This document shows positions 10,603 to 22,800 of a stretch of DNA of 55,129 bases, in pieces. Both the position numbers and the translations under genes were made by a program. The first letter of the stretch is position 1, and each line of letters begins with the position of its first letter. The stretch is taken from positions 1 through 55,129 of the forward strand of contig DAPV01000046.1 of assembly GCA_002502625.1 (NCBI GenBank), in the 5' to 3' direction. The notes beneath the pieces are model-generated. The model was not told where the DNA came from and made no database searches. It saw only the letters and a list, made by a program, of their open reading frames with translations. Source of the DNA: Euryarchaeota archaeon UBA125 (lineage in GTDB: Archaea; Thermoplasmatota; Poseidoniia; Poseidoniales; Thalassarchaeaceae).

Positions 10603-10977
10603 ATGTCCAATATCAGTCCAATGGTTCAGTGCAGAATTCCTGAAGACCATCTGATGGCCTTAGACCAAATGGTTGGACTAGATGGAATGAGAAACCGATC
10701 AGATGTCATTAGACTAGCTGTTCGCCAATTAATTGAAGCATCTCCATCAAGAGCAGTTGGAGGAACTATTTCCGTAGATCTAGGAATGGACCTCACAGAT
10801 AAAATCGACATGTTCTGCAGCATCCATGGAGATTCTCCAGACCAAGTTACTAGAGCCGCATTACGAACTCACATGAAAGCCGAAATGGTGGCTTCAGATG
10901 ATCTTCAAACCGTGCTTGAGACACGGCATCAACAACTGGCAAATCGCCTGAGACAAAGAGAGGATCACACACCTTAA
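10603..10977 (+). CDS. Ribbon-helix-helix (CopG/NikR-like) DNA-binding protein, apparently with two RHH units
   Basis: MVQCRIPEDHLMALDQMV...NRSDVIRLAVRQLI; second unit TISVDLGMDLTDKIDMF...SPDQVTRAALRTHM; start moved to ATG 10603. Confidence 0.8.
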   Translation: MSNISPMVQCRIPEDHLMALDQMVGLDGMRNRSDVIRLAVRQLIEASPSRAVGGTISVDLGMDLTDKIDMFCSIHGDSPDQVTRAALRTHMKAEMVASDDLQTVLETRHQQLANRLRQREDHTP

Positions 10978-10986
10978 CGGGGGGCA

Positions 10987-11325
10987 AAAGGACATGGTAG
11001 GGGATGGGTACTCAACCAATGCAGGGGGGCGTCAAAACCCCCCTGCTACCAATGTCTTTCTACCTTTGAAGTTGAGAAGTGCTCTAAGAAATACGATGCT
11101 GGCAAAATGTACTAAATCTAACCCAGTTAGAGAATTACTTCAACAAAATCTAGACCAAATAAGAGATAGAGCAGTAGGCTCTTCTACCATTTTCACAACA
11201 CACACCCCCGCTTACGCGGGGACCCCCTTCAATCAACGAAATTTTGAGAAACTCAGAGAAAGAGCTCTCCAAGTTCAAAGAAATGTATGATCACCCACAC
11301 ACCGCCCCGATTTCCGGGGCAACCT
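10987..11325. other. Hairpin-rich intergenic region of unknown function
   Basis: Inverted repeats at 11021-11046 (9-bp stem), 11117-11131, 11168-11182, 11206-11221, 11304-11320. Confidence 0.5.
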
Positions 11326-11388
11326 AATTGACTCTGCTGTAGAGCTACTCACCTAATCTTCTTGAGGGGCCGAGTTCGAGTAAGAGAT

Positions 11389-13398
11389 ATGGCCGCAGAA
11401 GATTTTGAGTTCGTAGCTCACGATAATCTTCGCGAAGGTCAAGCAAAAATGATAGAAGATGGGAACAAAGTACTCAAAAATAGTGGATTTCTATTTGCAG
11501 CGGCTCCAACTGGAATTGGAAAAACAGCCGCTGCCCTCTCATCATCCCTAACAGCGGCAAAAAATCATCCTGATGGGCAAAAAAAAGTATTATTTCTCAC
11601 TGGAAGACAAAGTCAACATAGAATTGTTGTAGATTCAGTAAAAAAAATTAATAAAAAAATGAGTTCTAATGATTCAATCAAATTAGTAGATATGATTGGA
11701 AGAGAGTCAATGTGTGTTGAAGTAGACAGAATTTCTGGAAAGTGTAATTGCGAAGCAGATATTCCAGAAGATATGAAAACATTGGGCAGGAACAATCTTC
11801 GTAATTTTATCTTAAATGAGCCGAAACATGTTGATGAAGTCATTGAATTGAGTAGGAAAAGAGGCATTTGTGCTTGGTCTACTGCTCGATCTTCTGTGAA
11901 AGATTCAGATGTAATAGTTTGTGATTATAATCATGTATTTGTAGAGGGTATAAGAAAAGCATCTCTACCTTCTATGGGTCTTGAGATTGAAGACACAATT
12001 ATTGTGGTTGATGAAGCACATAATTTACCAAATCGAATTCGGATGGGATTAGAAAGAAGATTAACAAATCAAGTAATAAGAGATGCTTTCAATGAAATGG
12101 AGGAACATAAAGGGTTTTTAGACAATAATGTAGCAAAGATGATGGGAAAAAATCAAAACGATGAAATCCAGTATAATGATTTGGAAAATGCAAGAAAATC
12201 TGAGGCAGCATTATCCAGAATAAGGACCAATATAGGAACATACATTGTAGAACTAAAAAAAATGCTAGGAACACAAGAAGAAATGATGACATCCCCCACA
12301 GAATTATTAGATATTTTTGAAAACTCGTTATTAGAAACAATAGATGAACCGATTTCTCTTACTAAATTTATCAGAACATTAGAACAAGTCCAGGTAGATT
12401 TTGATGACGAATTAGATGACGAGCAGGACCTTGCATGCTATAGATTAGCAGAGATTCTATCCATATTGAATGAACGACGTGGGGAGAAGGCTCTAGCCAC
12501 AGTTTTCGACCTTCTTGGGATTAAAGAAGAGGGTAGAATTACAACGTATTTACTAGACCCAGGAGTAGTTTCCCAATCTATCTTTTCTCGATGCTCAGGG
12601 GCTATACTAATGTCTGGAACATTATTTCCTCCGTCCATGTATGGGGAGATCTTGAGAGTTCCGAACAATAGAGACGTGATCTACGAAGAATATTCTAGCC
12701 CATTTGAAAATGATCGAAGGCCAGTTTTGATCGCAACGGATGTAACAACAAAATATTCGAACAGAAGTGTAGAAAATACTAGACTAATTCGAGAACACAT
12801 ACACAGTATACTTAGACAAACACCTGGACATGTTGCAGTTTTCTTACCATCTTACGACTTACTTGACGACATCATCAATGAAGGTTCTTGGCCAGGGAGA
12901 AGAGTCATTGTCGAAGAAAGAAATTGGACTAAATTTCAAGTTGAAAATGCATTAATGCAACTCAAGAAATCAAGAGATTCCGGTCAAAGATGTATTCTTG
13001 CTGGAGTGTATAATGCTCGTTTATCTGAAGGTATTGACTATGATGAAAATATCTTAGATGCAGTAATCTGTATTGGAATACCAATGGCTAGACCAACAGC
13101 CTCGAATCAAGCTCTGAAGGATTACGTTTCTGAAAGATTCGGAGAAAGAAATGCATGGAAATATTCTGCTGCCCAACCTGCTATTAATTCAATTCTGCAA
13201 GCAATGGGGAGACCAATAAGAAAAGCAGATGATAGAGCAATAGTAGTCATACTTGATAGAAGAGTAGGAGATAGAGGATACAGAAGTTGCCTGCCTAGAA
13301 ATCTAAAAATGTTTGAAACCGTTGACTCAGGCTCTACTGAACGCCTTGTGAGGAGGTTCTTTTCTCGTCATCCTGACCCTGCAAGACATAGTGAATGA
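11389..13398 (+). CDS. xpd: XPD/Rad3/DinG-family SF2 DNA helicase with Fe-S cluster cysteines
   Basis: LREGQ Q-motif, APTGIGKT, Cys residues in RESMC/KCNC/ICAW, DEAHNL, MSGTL, SEGID, QAMGRPIR. Confidence 0.88.
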   Translation: MAAEDFEFVAHDNLREGQAKMIEDGNKVLKNSGFLFAAAPTGIGKTAAALSSSLTAAKNHPDGQKKVLFLTGRQSQHRIVVDSVKKINKKMSSNDSIKLVDMIGRESMCVEVDRISGKCNCEADIPEDMKTLGRNNLRNFILNEPKHVDEVIELSRKRGICAWSTARSSVKDSDVIVCDYNHVFVEGIRKASLPSMGLEIEDTIIVVDEAHNLPNRIRMGLERRLTNQVIRDAFNEMEEHKGFLDNNVAKMMGKNQNDEIQYNDLENARKSEAALSRIRTNIGTYIVELKKMLGTQEEMMTSPTELLDIFENSLLETIDEPISLTKFIRTLEQVQVDFDDELDDEQDLACYRLAEILSILNERRGEKALATVFDLLGIKEEGRITTYLLDPGVVSQSIFSRCSGAILMSGTLFPPSMYGEILRVPNNRDVIYEEYSSPFENDRRPVLIATDVTTKYSNRSVENTRLIREHIHSILRQTPGHVAVFLPSYDLLDDIINEGSWPGRRVIVEERNWTKFQVENALMQLKKSRDSGQRCILAGVYNARLSEGIDYDENILDAVICIGIPMARPTASNQALKDYVSERFGERNAWKYSAAQPAINSILQAMGRPIRKADDRAIVVILDRRVGDRGYRSCLPRNLKMFETVDSGSTERLVRRFFSRHPDPARHSE

Positions 13399-13437
13399 CT
13401 GCGAGGGTTGATGACTGTGCAGTACTTGGACAGGCCA

Positions 13438-13890
13438 ATGTCCGACATACACTGGCACTCAATTGAGATAGACAGCAATAATGAAAATGAGGAAATAGGG
13501 CATAGTCTAGATGCTACTGCTTCGGAACTACATTCTCATTTTATTTCTACAACAAGTTCAGATTCTCCTGCAATGAATTCTCATAAGCAATTCTTACAGA
13601 CAGCAAGTGAAGTAGTAGAACGTACTAGACAAGCAGATGCCCAACTATTTGCTCAGAATCTACTAGGTGCTTCTTTAGATGCTGTCGCCTTAATTGATGG
13701 AGTTTCAATCATGACCTTAGGCATACCTTCTGAATGCATAGAGGTCAAGATAGGTACTCATTCAGGAACCTCATATTTACGAATAGATCGAGAAGGTTTG
13801 GAACCAGTGGTAACTGCTTTGCCAAGTGGGAGAGATATTCTGAGTGCATCTCACTCCAAAGGCAGATTAGAAATTCGCTTATCTGAATAA
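13438..13890 (+). CDS. Hypothetical protein; C-terminus weakly HSP20-like
   Basis: Fills the gap after xpd; ends ALPSGRDILSASHSKGRLEIRL; start uncertain (13408-13438). Confidence 0.6.
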   Translation: MSDIHWHSIEIDSNNENEEIGHSLDATASELHSHFISTTSSDSPAMNSHKQFLQTASEVVERTRQADAQLFAQNLLGASLDAVALIDGVSIMTLGIPSECIEVKIGTHSGTSYLRIDREGLEPVVTALPSGRDILSASHSKGRLEIRLSE

Positions 13891-16800
13891 TCATCTAGCA
13901 GGGATTTCAGCCATATTCTGAATTTCAGAAACCACATTTGATAGTGCTTCCTGTGCAGCAGCCTTGTGAGAGTCGCCCATCTCATGAGATGAGTAACGAG
14001 CCTCTTCAAAGACTTGATCAAGTGCTTCCAAAGCAGATTCACGAATAGGTAATGCCTGCCTAATTGCCATCTCAAATTCACGTACAGTTTCAAAATCTCT
14101 CCTCAAGAATCCGTTTTGCATCAATACAAGACATAGATCTTCGTAACAATTGAAAATTGCTTCCCTAATCTCATCTCCTGCTGCTAGTAATTCCGCAGTA
14201 TATGTGAAGATGTCTTGAATTTCTTCAATTGTACTTTGCTTCCTCCTCATTTGAATTACCGCACCTGCCGCAGCAAGTAAAATAATGGCGAAAATTGCAA
14301 TAGAACTTGGACTTAACATTGAATTAGATTCGTCGACTTGAACGTATGTCAAGTCCACAACTAGGTTCAATAAATCGCCACGATCATCGGGGGCAATCAA
14401 TGGAGATGTTGTGTTTAGACGAATCTCGAATGAGCCCCAATGAGCAGTATCTGAAAACGTAGGTTGAGGTTCTAGACTGAAGAAGGTATACTCAAATATT
14501 CCATTTTCATCAGACAATTTACCAAACTGGAAGATCTCAGAAGTTTGATTAAACAATAAAGCAGTCATCGAAACATTGGCAATTCTCTCACCAGTATCAG
14601 TAGCTGTGACTGTAATTGTTCCAATGATTTCACGTGAATTAAGTCCTACTTCAACAGATGAAGCAGTAAATGATGCAGGGACCATCAAGAAAGCATCGAT
14701 TCCTACCTTCTCTGCTTCATTAAAGAATCTAGAACTATCTTGAGCCATTCTTACAGTAAATTCGAGATCACCTTGCATAGGAGATCTTCCAATTAATAAA
14801 ATTTTGAATTGTCCAGTAGCATTATCCCATGTGATAATGGCATCAGATTCAACAGCTCCAGCCCAAATCAAGGAAATATCTGAATCAGTGACAGTATTTC
14901 CTGTCCCGCCTATCTCTACAATTCGACCCGTAATCTCAATTGGATGAGATTGGTTTGAACGGATATTGTTATCAGATACATCAAGAATCTCAATAGTTAC
15001 ATCAGACCAAGTATATGCTGTAGCATTTGACTCTGCCCCGATAAATTGATCATTCCCATCATAAGAAACTCGTATTGTATGTAAACCGCGTTCATATGAG
15101 ACTAATACTGGGATTTGAGTCGAAAATGCTCCACTAGAATCTGTAGTAATAGTAGTTAGAATGATACCGTCTACTTCGATTGTAATGATTGCACCTTCGA
15201 TTGGAATCCTAGGACTAGTATCTCCATCTACCAAAATACCTGATAGATTCCAAGTCTCTCCTCTTGTAGCTACTCCACCTTCATCAACTACAAGGTTAGT
15301 AATCTCAGCATTATGTTTAATGACAATACTAGTGTTTGACTCCCCCCCTAAGTAAAACCCTTGAGGCTCCGAATAAGCTACAATTTCGTGAACTCCAATA
15401 GAGAAAGCAGGGCCTACTATCCAATCTAATGACCAAGAACCATCAACTTCAGTGGTAGCAGAACCAATTATGCTGTTATCCACTCGTATAGTAACAATAT
15501 GACCAGGTACCCAATTTTCAGGGATATTATCTCTTATTGTTCCAGTGATTGTTACGGTATCGCCTACTGCTGCAGTATCAATCGTATCTACAGTTACTAC
15601 TATTGGAGCATATACATCAAAAGTAGTTGTTGCATTTGATGGAAGATAGAGCGGAGCTCCTGCAAATCGAACCTCAACATTTTGAGTACCCAAAGGCATG
15701 TCACTAGGCACTGGATACAATATCGAAACAACTCCTTCATCATCAGAAGTCACGTTTGTCAAGAACTGACCATTCATCCAAACACTAAGTGTCATATCAG
15801 GAATTGGTCGCTCGACAATATCAACAAGAACGCCTGTGAGATCAAGAAGTTCTTCACGAGTTACATCGGTATTTCCACCAAATAAACGTATTTCTGTAGG
15901 TACTGATACTCCGAATCCTAAGGTATCAGTTGATTCGAGATAATACTCTGGATTTAGAGAATCACCTTGACCCATAGGATCTACCCAAAGGAAACCTCCG
16001 AGGAAGAACGCTGTAGCATTATGAGGTCCAGGAGTTGTTTCTAATGGTAATGTGTAAGAAATCGACCACGACCCACTAATCGGGTCTGACTGAACTATTG
16101 TACCAGAACCAGTGTCTTCTCCATCAATGGCGAGATGGATTAGACCACCCACTGCTTCTCCTGTTTCGTTCAATAATGAGGAACCATGTTCATCAAGTAA
16201 TGTACCGTTTACAATGATTGTTTGACCTGCGATTAAATCACCCTCAATAGAATCAATTGTAAGAATGGTAGGGGCTAGTATTACCACACGAGTGAATGTA
16301 GAATCACCTAGAACGCCGGTTGTACCTGGAATCCCATCATGTGTTGCGTTGATGGTCAAAGGACCAGCGACCCAAGTACTTGGAACACTAAAGTTACCAA
16401 TTCCTATTCCATTTTCGTCAGTAAATATTTCAAAAGATATCAACCCATTTATTGAGATATTAATTGATGCATTTTCTACAGGAGCTCCTGCATTATCTAA
16501 TAGAGATAGAGCAACAGTAATATTATCTCCTCTAATCGTTCTACGATCTGGATCTAAATCAAGAGGATCACTGAAATCAAGCACAGTATAACCACGGCTA
16601 TCGAAGACAGTTCCATTCGTGGAGCCAAGGAAGTAGTTCACCCCAGGAGTATATGTTGCATTAACAGTATGATTCCCTCTAGGGAAATCTTGATCAAGAG
16701 TGATACTAGCAGTCCAATTTCCATCATAAACCGTTCCGTTCACTACAGTAAAGGAGTCAGTAAACCCATCAATAGTAAACCCGAGAACGGGAAGAAGATT

Positions 16801-19800
16801 GTTGCCATTTCTATCTATTATTCCAGAACCATTCTCTGATGCAAGTGTACCTGAAACATTGAATGTATCACCTGCAACTGGATTAGCAGAGATTGAATCA
16901 ACTACTAAGATTGTAATCGTTCTAACAGTTACAGTACTGAAGGTTCGATTGCTACCAATTAAAGTGAAATTACCTGAATAGTCTAGCTGAATGTTAATCA
17001 TGCCCAACGGGTGTGAACTAGGAATAGAGAAGTTGAATCTTACCACTCCTGTATCATTTGTAATCTCATCAGCCAGTGTTGTTTCGTGGAATGTAGCAGA
17101 AATTGTCTGATTAGATAGGGGTCTATCTTGATCGGATTCCTCAACCAAAGTAGCTCCAAATTCGATAGAATCACCTCGATTAACAATAACAGGGATTAAT
17201 GGAGAAATCTGAGAAAATCCAGTAACTCCCTTAACCAATACTGGCTGAGAGATGTTACTTGGGAGATAAAATGGATTTGTATCTTCAAGAACTTGAATCA
17301 ATAATGTCTTGTTTCCACTTGTGATTCCATCGAGTAAAGGATCGGTAGGTACTGTGATATTGAAAGTACCATTTACTGCAGTAGTATATGATGAAATTAG
17401 AATCTCTGATGGATCTCCTTCAAAGAACACAGTAACATCGATTGGCCCACTGAAATTACGATTAGGGTCATTGAAATCTTCTACAGAACCTTCAACTACG
17501 AACGTAGAACCTGCAGTAATGAAAGTGGGGGGAACAATTGAATCAATAACAACAGACGTAGGAACTAATACTGTGATGTTAAGATCAGTATAATTGCCAA
17601 TCCATCTAGCAGAACCTGTAGATAATGGATCTGTCACGTCATCAGGCATTAATATTCTAACATCATAATATCCAGGATCGGTTCCTACTGGGATTGTTGG
17701 ATTGAAACGAGCAATTCCATCTTGATTACCACTTGTTGCAGACGAAAGTGTCTGATTGTTAGGGCCATCCCAATCCCATATCATTTGTACTGCTGCGCCA
17801 GTAATATTCGATCCATCTGCAACATCTATCACTGAAACATTGACCTCTAAGACATCACCAGCAATAACGGTTGATGGAGGATCAATCGCATTCAGAACAG
17901 ATTCTGATTCTACACCAATAAGGATACTTGCACCCTCCTCAGTTGAATAGTAGGCTCCACCTATTGGTGGACTAATACTGAAGTCAGACGCAATTACTAG
18001 ATCAAATACTCCTGCTCCAACGAAACTAGGTATTACAAAACTCACATTGTATAGGCCCGTACTTGTGTTTAACCACCCAGACCCTAAATCAACAATATCA
18101 GGAGCAGGTGGTTCACCCATAGGCCCTGAAGGACCAGTTCCGGGTAATTCCATAGTCAGAATAATTGACGAATTGTTATTCAAAATCAATGGTGAACCAG
18201 TAATGTTAGAATCACGTATTTCACCAGTCACATAATTCGAGTCACCAATATGAGTCCAACTTTGACCTAATGTTGCTGAGACCGTTCCTAGTCCACTAAT
18301 TCGAATAGTAGTATTATTTGAAGCAGCGTCATACCATGTTGATCCTGAATAATTTATCCATAATGGATAATCACCAGCTGGAACTATTGGAGAAGTATAA
18401 TCAAAGGTGAATCCGCCATCCTCAGGATCAATTGTAGTATTTACTAAAACACCATTAATTTCTGTCTGATATGTACCATTGAATGGTTGCTCAGTTCCAC
18501 CAGTATGATCAAACATTGCAATATTGATTAATTCCATTTGATCACGTTGAATAGGATCGAATAGGTAATCGAAAGTCACGAAACTCTTGAGGCCAAACCC
18601 AGGAGGCATGAATACTTGGTCATCTGCTTCTAATGTTGATGAATCAAATGTAAATCGGATATCAACGAAACCTGGAGAAATAGGGACCATTGAGGGATCC
18701 ATAAACCATGAAAGTGAAAAATTACCAGGATTTCCGCTCCAAGTTGTTGAATTTAAAATCCAAGAAGAGATATCTGTATATGGTGCTCCAGAACCATTAA
18801 CACGCATTTGGAGATAGAGAGTACCTTCCATAGGTACTGGATTAAGCCCTCGGCTAAGCACAGTACCATTCATGAAAATCGTATCATTAATTTCGAGGAG
18901 AGAATTATTTGCAGATGGACCCTCTAGAACTATATCCAAATTAGGAGCAGGAGTTACATTCATCGTTACGACCTGTGAAAGAGGACGTAGATGGTAAAGA
19001 GGAGAAGAACCATTCTGTAAATCTGCTTCATGCCAACCAGGGAATTCAATAGTGGCATTGTTAAGCCCTTGAGTCTCATTTTCGTCTAAGAAGATAATTA
19101 TCTCAAAGAAACCAGTAGGTCCGATAGAAGTCGTATAACTCTGCGCTCCAGAAATAGAAGATGTGAAGTTGAACCAAACAAAGCTAAACCCATCAGGATT
19201 AGAATCACCATCTAAATCCCAATCATCTAACAATGTAACATCAGTTTGAGGAATATTTTCAATCTGTAATCTTCCAGACAATGTAGTATTAGATCCAGCG
19301 CCAAATACAGGCTCATCTACAGGTAAGGGCGCTTCAATAGTTACATTCACGTTATCAGAAACATTGACGATGTAATTATCAAATATACCATTTGAACCAA
19401 CATAACCACTAGGGATAGTTTCGACTACCAATGCACCATAACCTGGAGGGATATACTCAGCCGGATTACCTTTCAAAGAGAAGGTCCCATTTGCTGCTGT
19501 TATTGCAGAACCAATTTGACGAGAAGGTTGTGCTGCTGAACCAGGAACATCCCCCGCAGATACAAGAGGAACTAGATACAGATCAAGAATTACTCCTGGG
19601 ACTGCAGATTGATTTGACGAATATACTAGAGTTCCATTCAGATAGGTTTGTCCAGAACTACCGTCTCTCTCAATGAAAAGAGGACCCCATTCAGCATTCA
19701 ATATTTCAACATCTTCATCAGGAGGACAGGCATTGAAGGGAACCCAACCCATCTCTGCATTACCCAGTGCTGAATTTGTTTGCATGTGAACTTCTACCCA

Positions 19801-22800
19801 AGAGCCATAATTTAGACCTAGAACCTCATAACCGGTTCCATGCCAACTACCGTCAATGTATCCTGTTACCTTTCGAGCAGGTAAACCTGCAAGTCTAGCC
19901 ATTGTTGTAAGAACAGTTGTCCAATCATCACAGGTCCCTTCCTTAGAATCAATAAGAACAAATTGGACTAGATCTGGTCCGCCTCCTTGAGGATACCCAC
20001 TGCCGTCATAATTCAGTCGAGGAGTAAATGTTGCATTTCCATTTTCGATAAAATCAGCTAAAGCTTCCATCTTTTCCCATGCAGATAAAGCACCAGATGA
20101 TGTGATTACGGATTGTGTAATATTGTTTACTTCTGATTCAGGTAATGAATTATCAGTGAAATAACTAGGTAAATCGAGTGCATAAGTACTACCTGAATAC
20201 GCAGTACTATTGGAACGAACAGAGTCTGAAAACCAAATCTCAGGAGCGTCTGCAATTAAGAAATCCAATGTAACATCAGTTAATGGAACATCATGAGTAT
20301 AATTCGTATGATTCAAACCAGCAGTTGGATCTGCCCATCCATTAAACTGAGTAGTACTCCAATGATGAGGAACATTAGACCCCGGTTGCAACATAAATGG
20401 GAATGTATACTCCCAACTAGTGGTATTATTATGGAAATTAGTAGAAGCAATCCAATTATTATCTGTGAATCCAGGAGACATAGAATTGAGAACAACAAGA
20501 GAGGTATTCACTCCATAATCAACACCAGTGTAACTGTCATAGGTGTAGGTTCTCCAATAATGGACTAAAGCAGGGTCAACGTTTAATGAAGTATTATTTG
20601 CCCAGAAAATAACCTGATTCTCAATTATGTCGTCAGTCGGGTCAAATGGATCTTGGCCTGAACCTGCACAGTTTGTAGGCCAAAAAGCAGGTGGACATTC
20701 TTGGTAATCTGTCATTCCGCCTCCATCTGTGTCTGGATCTAACCAATTTGTCCCAGTGTTATTTTCAATAGCATCAGGAATCCCATCGCCATCTGTATCT
20801 GCAGGATTTAGATCGTCAGAAGGATTGTTTTGAGGATTTGTTCCATCAAGATATTCTTGACCATCCCAAACTCCTCCAACATCTGTATCAACAGATTCAT
20901 AGTCCGTCAAGAAAGAATCAGATGAACCATTTCCACCCATTCCAGGAACGTAAAATAGAGGGCAACCAGTATTATTCTCGAAGTAATCATTCAATGAATC
21001 GCCATCAGTATCACGATTGTTATCACAGGGTTCCAATGGATCGGTACCATTTAAAATTTCATCTAAATCATTCACAGTATCATTATCTGAATCTACATCA
21101 AATGGATCTGATTGGAATCCCCAAAATCCAAAATTCTCCTCCCAATCTGAAATACCATCTTCATCATGATCATAGTAATCATCATCACACCATGGGTCGT
21201 TACTACTTGGTTGAATATTAGCATCCCAACACCAAGAACCATTCTTATGAATCACGGTAGAAGTAGTAGCAGGAGGGCTTACGCTAACGCCAATCAGCCT
21301 ATGAGGAGAAGAGATTACATCCGCTTGCTGGAAAGAAAAGGGTACAAGAGAACCGTTAGAGAGATTGTAATACCCAATTCGACCAGGAGACGTTGGACGC
21401 CAGTCAAAGAAATCAGGGCCGAATCCAGAAGCATTTGCGATGAAAAGAACTTGAGTACTTGCATCATAGGAAGAGTAAGTAGTAACGAAGTCTACTGTGG
21501 ATTGACAAGGGTCTGTGTTGAATCCTGTAGTTCGTTCTAAACCATCAATTACTCCACCAAAATCAGTATCTGCGACATTCCAACCTGTACAAGTTAGATT
21601 CTCCTCCCAATTTTCGATTCCATCGTTGTCAAAATCTCCTGAGTCTTCTGCACGAGTAGGATCTGTTTCGTTTCCTCCATCAATAACCCCATTTCCGTTA
21701 ATATCTTCTTCACCATCATCAAATGGGTCATCATCTGTATTGTTATCACGAGGATCGGAAGCTTGAGCAGGAGAACCATACTGACCATTTACTTCATTTC
21801 CATCAGAAATACCATCGCTGTCAGTATCAGAATCTGTAGGATCAGTAAGTAATGTTAAGGCTTCATAACTATCATTTAATCCATCGCCATCAGTATCTGA
21901 TCGTTGAGGATTTGTAGATGTTACACCATCTACCTCTGCGGTTAAAGTGGCACAACCATTTGGACCTATACCCAAAACAGGATTGCAAGGTGATTCTGTT
22001 TCAGTTCTCTGTTGATTAGGGGCACCAGGCATGAAATACGGAGTACCTGAATTTTGTGTTGTCCATGAGGGATTGACGTATTCTTTGATATTGATTAATC
22101 CATCTCCATCAGGATCACCATTCGGTCCATCAGAACCTGTTCTCACGGTAGGATCTAAACCATTGGAAACTTCCCAACCATCGTTCATTCCATCATTGTC
22201 AGTATCATATCCGTCAGGATCTTCATCAATATCTCCATCACCATCGTCATCATCAGATGAACAATCTACATCTCCATCACCGTCAGGGTCAGCAGCATCT
22301 ACTAATCCATCGCGGTCGTTGTCCATCCCATCTGCGCAAATATTGCCCATTGGATCTTCGTCTGCTCCATCTGAACCTGTTCCCTGATTTGCCTGCATTG
22401 CAGATTCTTCATCCCAATTTCGGGTAGGAACAGTACCATTCCACCAAACTCCATTATCGAGAACATTGGGTGTACTCGGACTATCCCAATTAGAAGGCAT
22501 TCCATACTGGTACTCATCTTTGTTAGACAAACTATCTCCATCTGGGTCTCCAAGAGAACCATTTACAGTAAGACTCGAAGCATCTAACGGATTCAAACCA
22601 TGAAACCATTCCCAACCATCAGGAAGTTCATCGTTATCGCTATCCCAATCCTGAGGCTGAGTATTCAATAAAAATTCTAAACCATATGTCAAACCATCAC
22701 CATCAGCATCAGATGAAGCATATGCTTCCCATCGAGCGAATTCAAGTGCAGCTAAACTAGCGAAAACCATGAGCATAGTCAGCAAAACCGACCTACACTT

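Noticed and set aside
10994-11290. 98-aa ORF downstream of the RHH gene
   Set aside because: No recognisable motif, and it runs through G/C homopolymer hairpins. Treated as probably noncoding, though not excluded.
11190-11325. Canonical archaeal ORB replication-origin boxes
   Set aside because: G-strings are present on the minus strand, but I could not find the TTCCAxxGAAA-type core and there is no cdc6/orc1 gene in the window.
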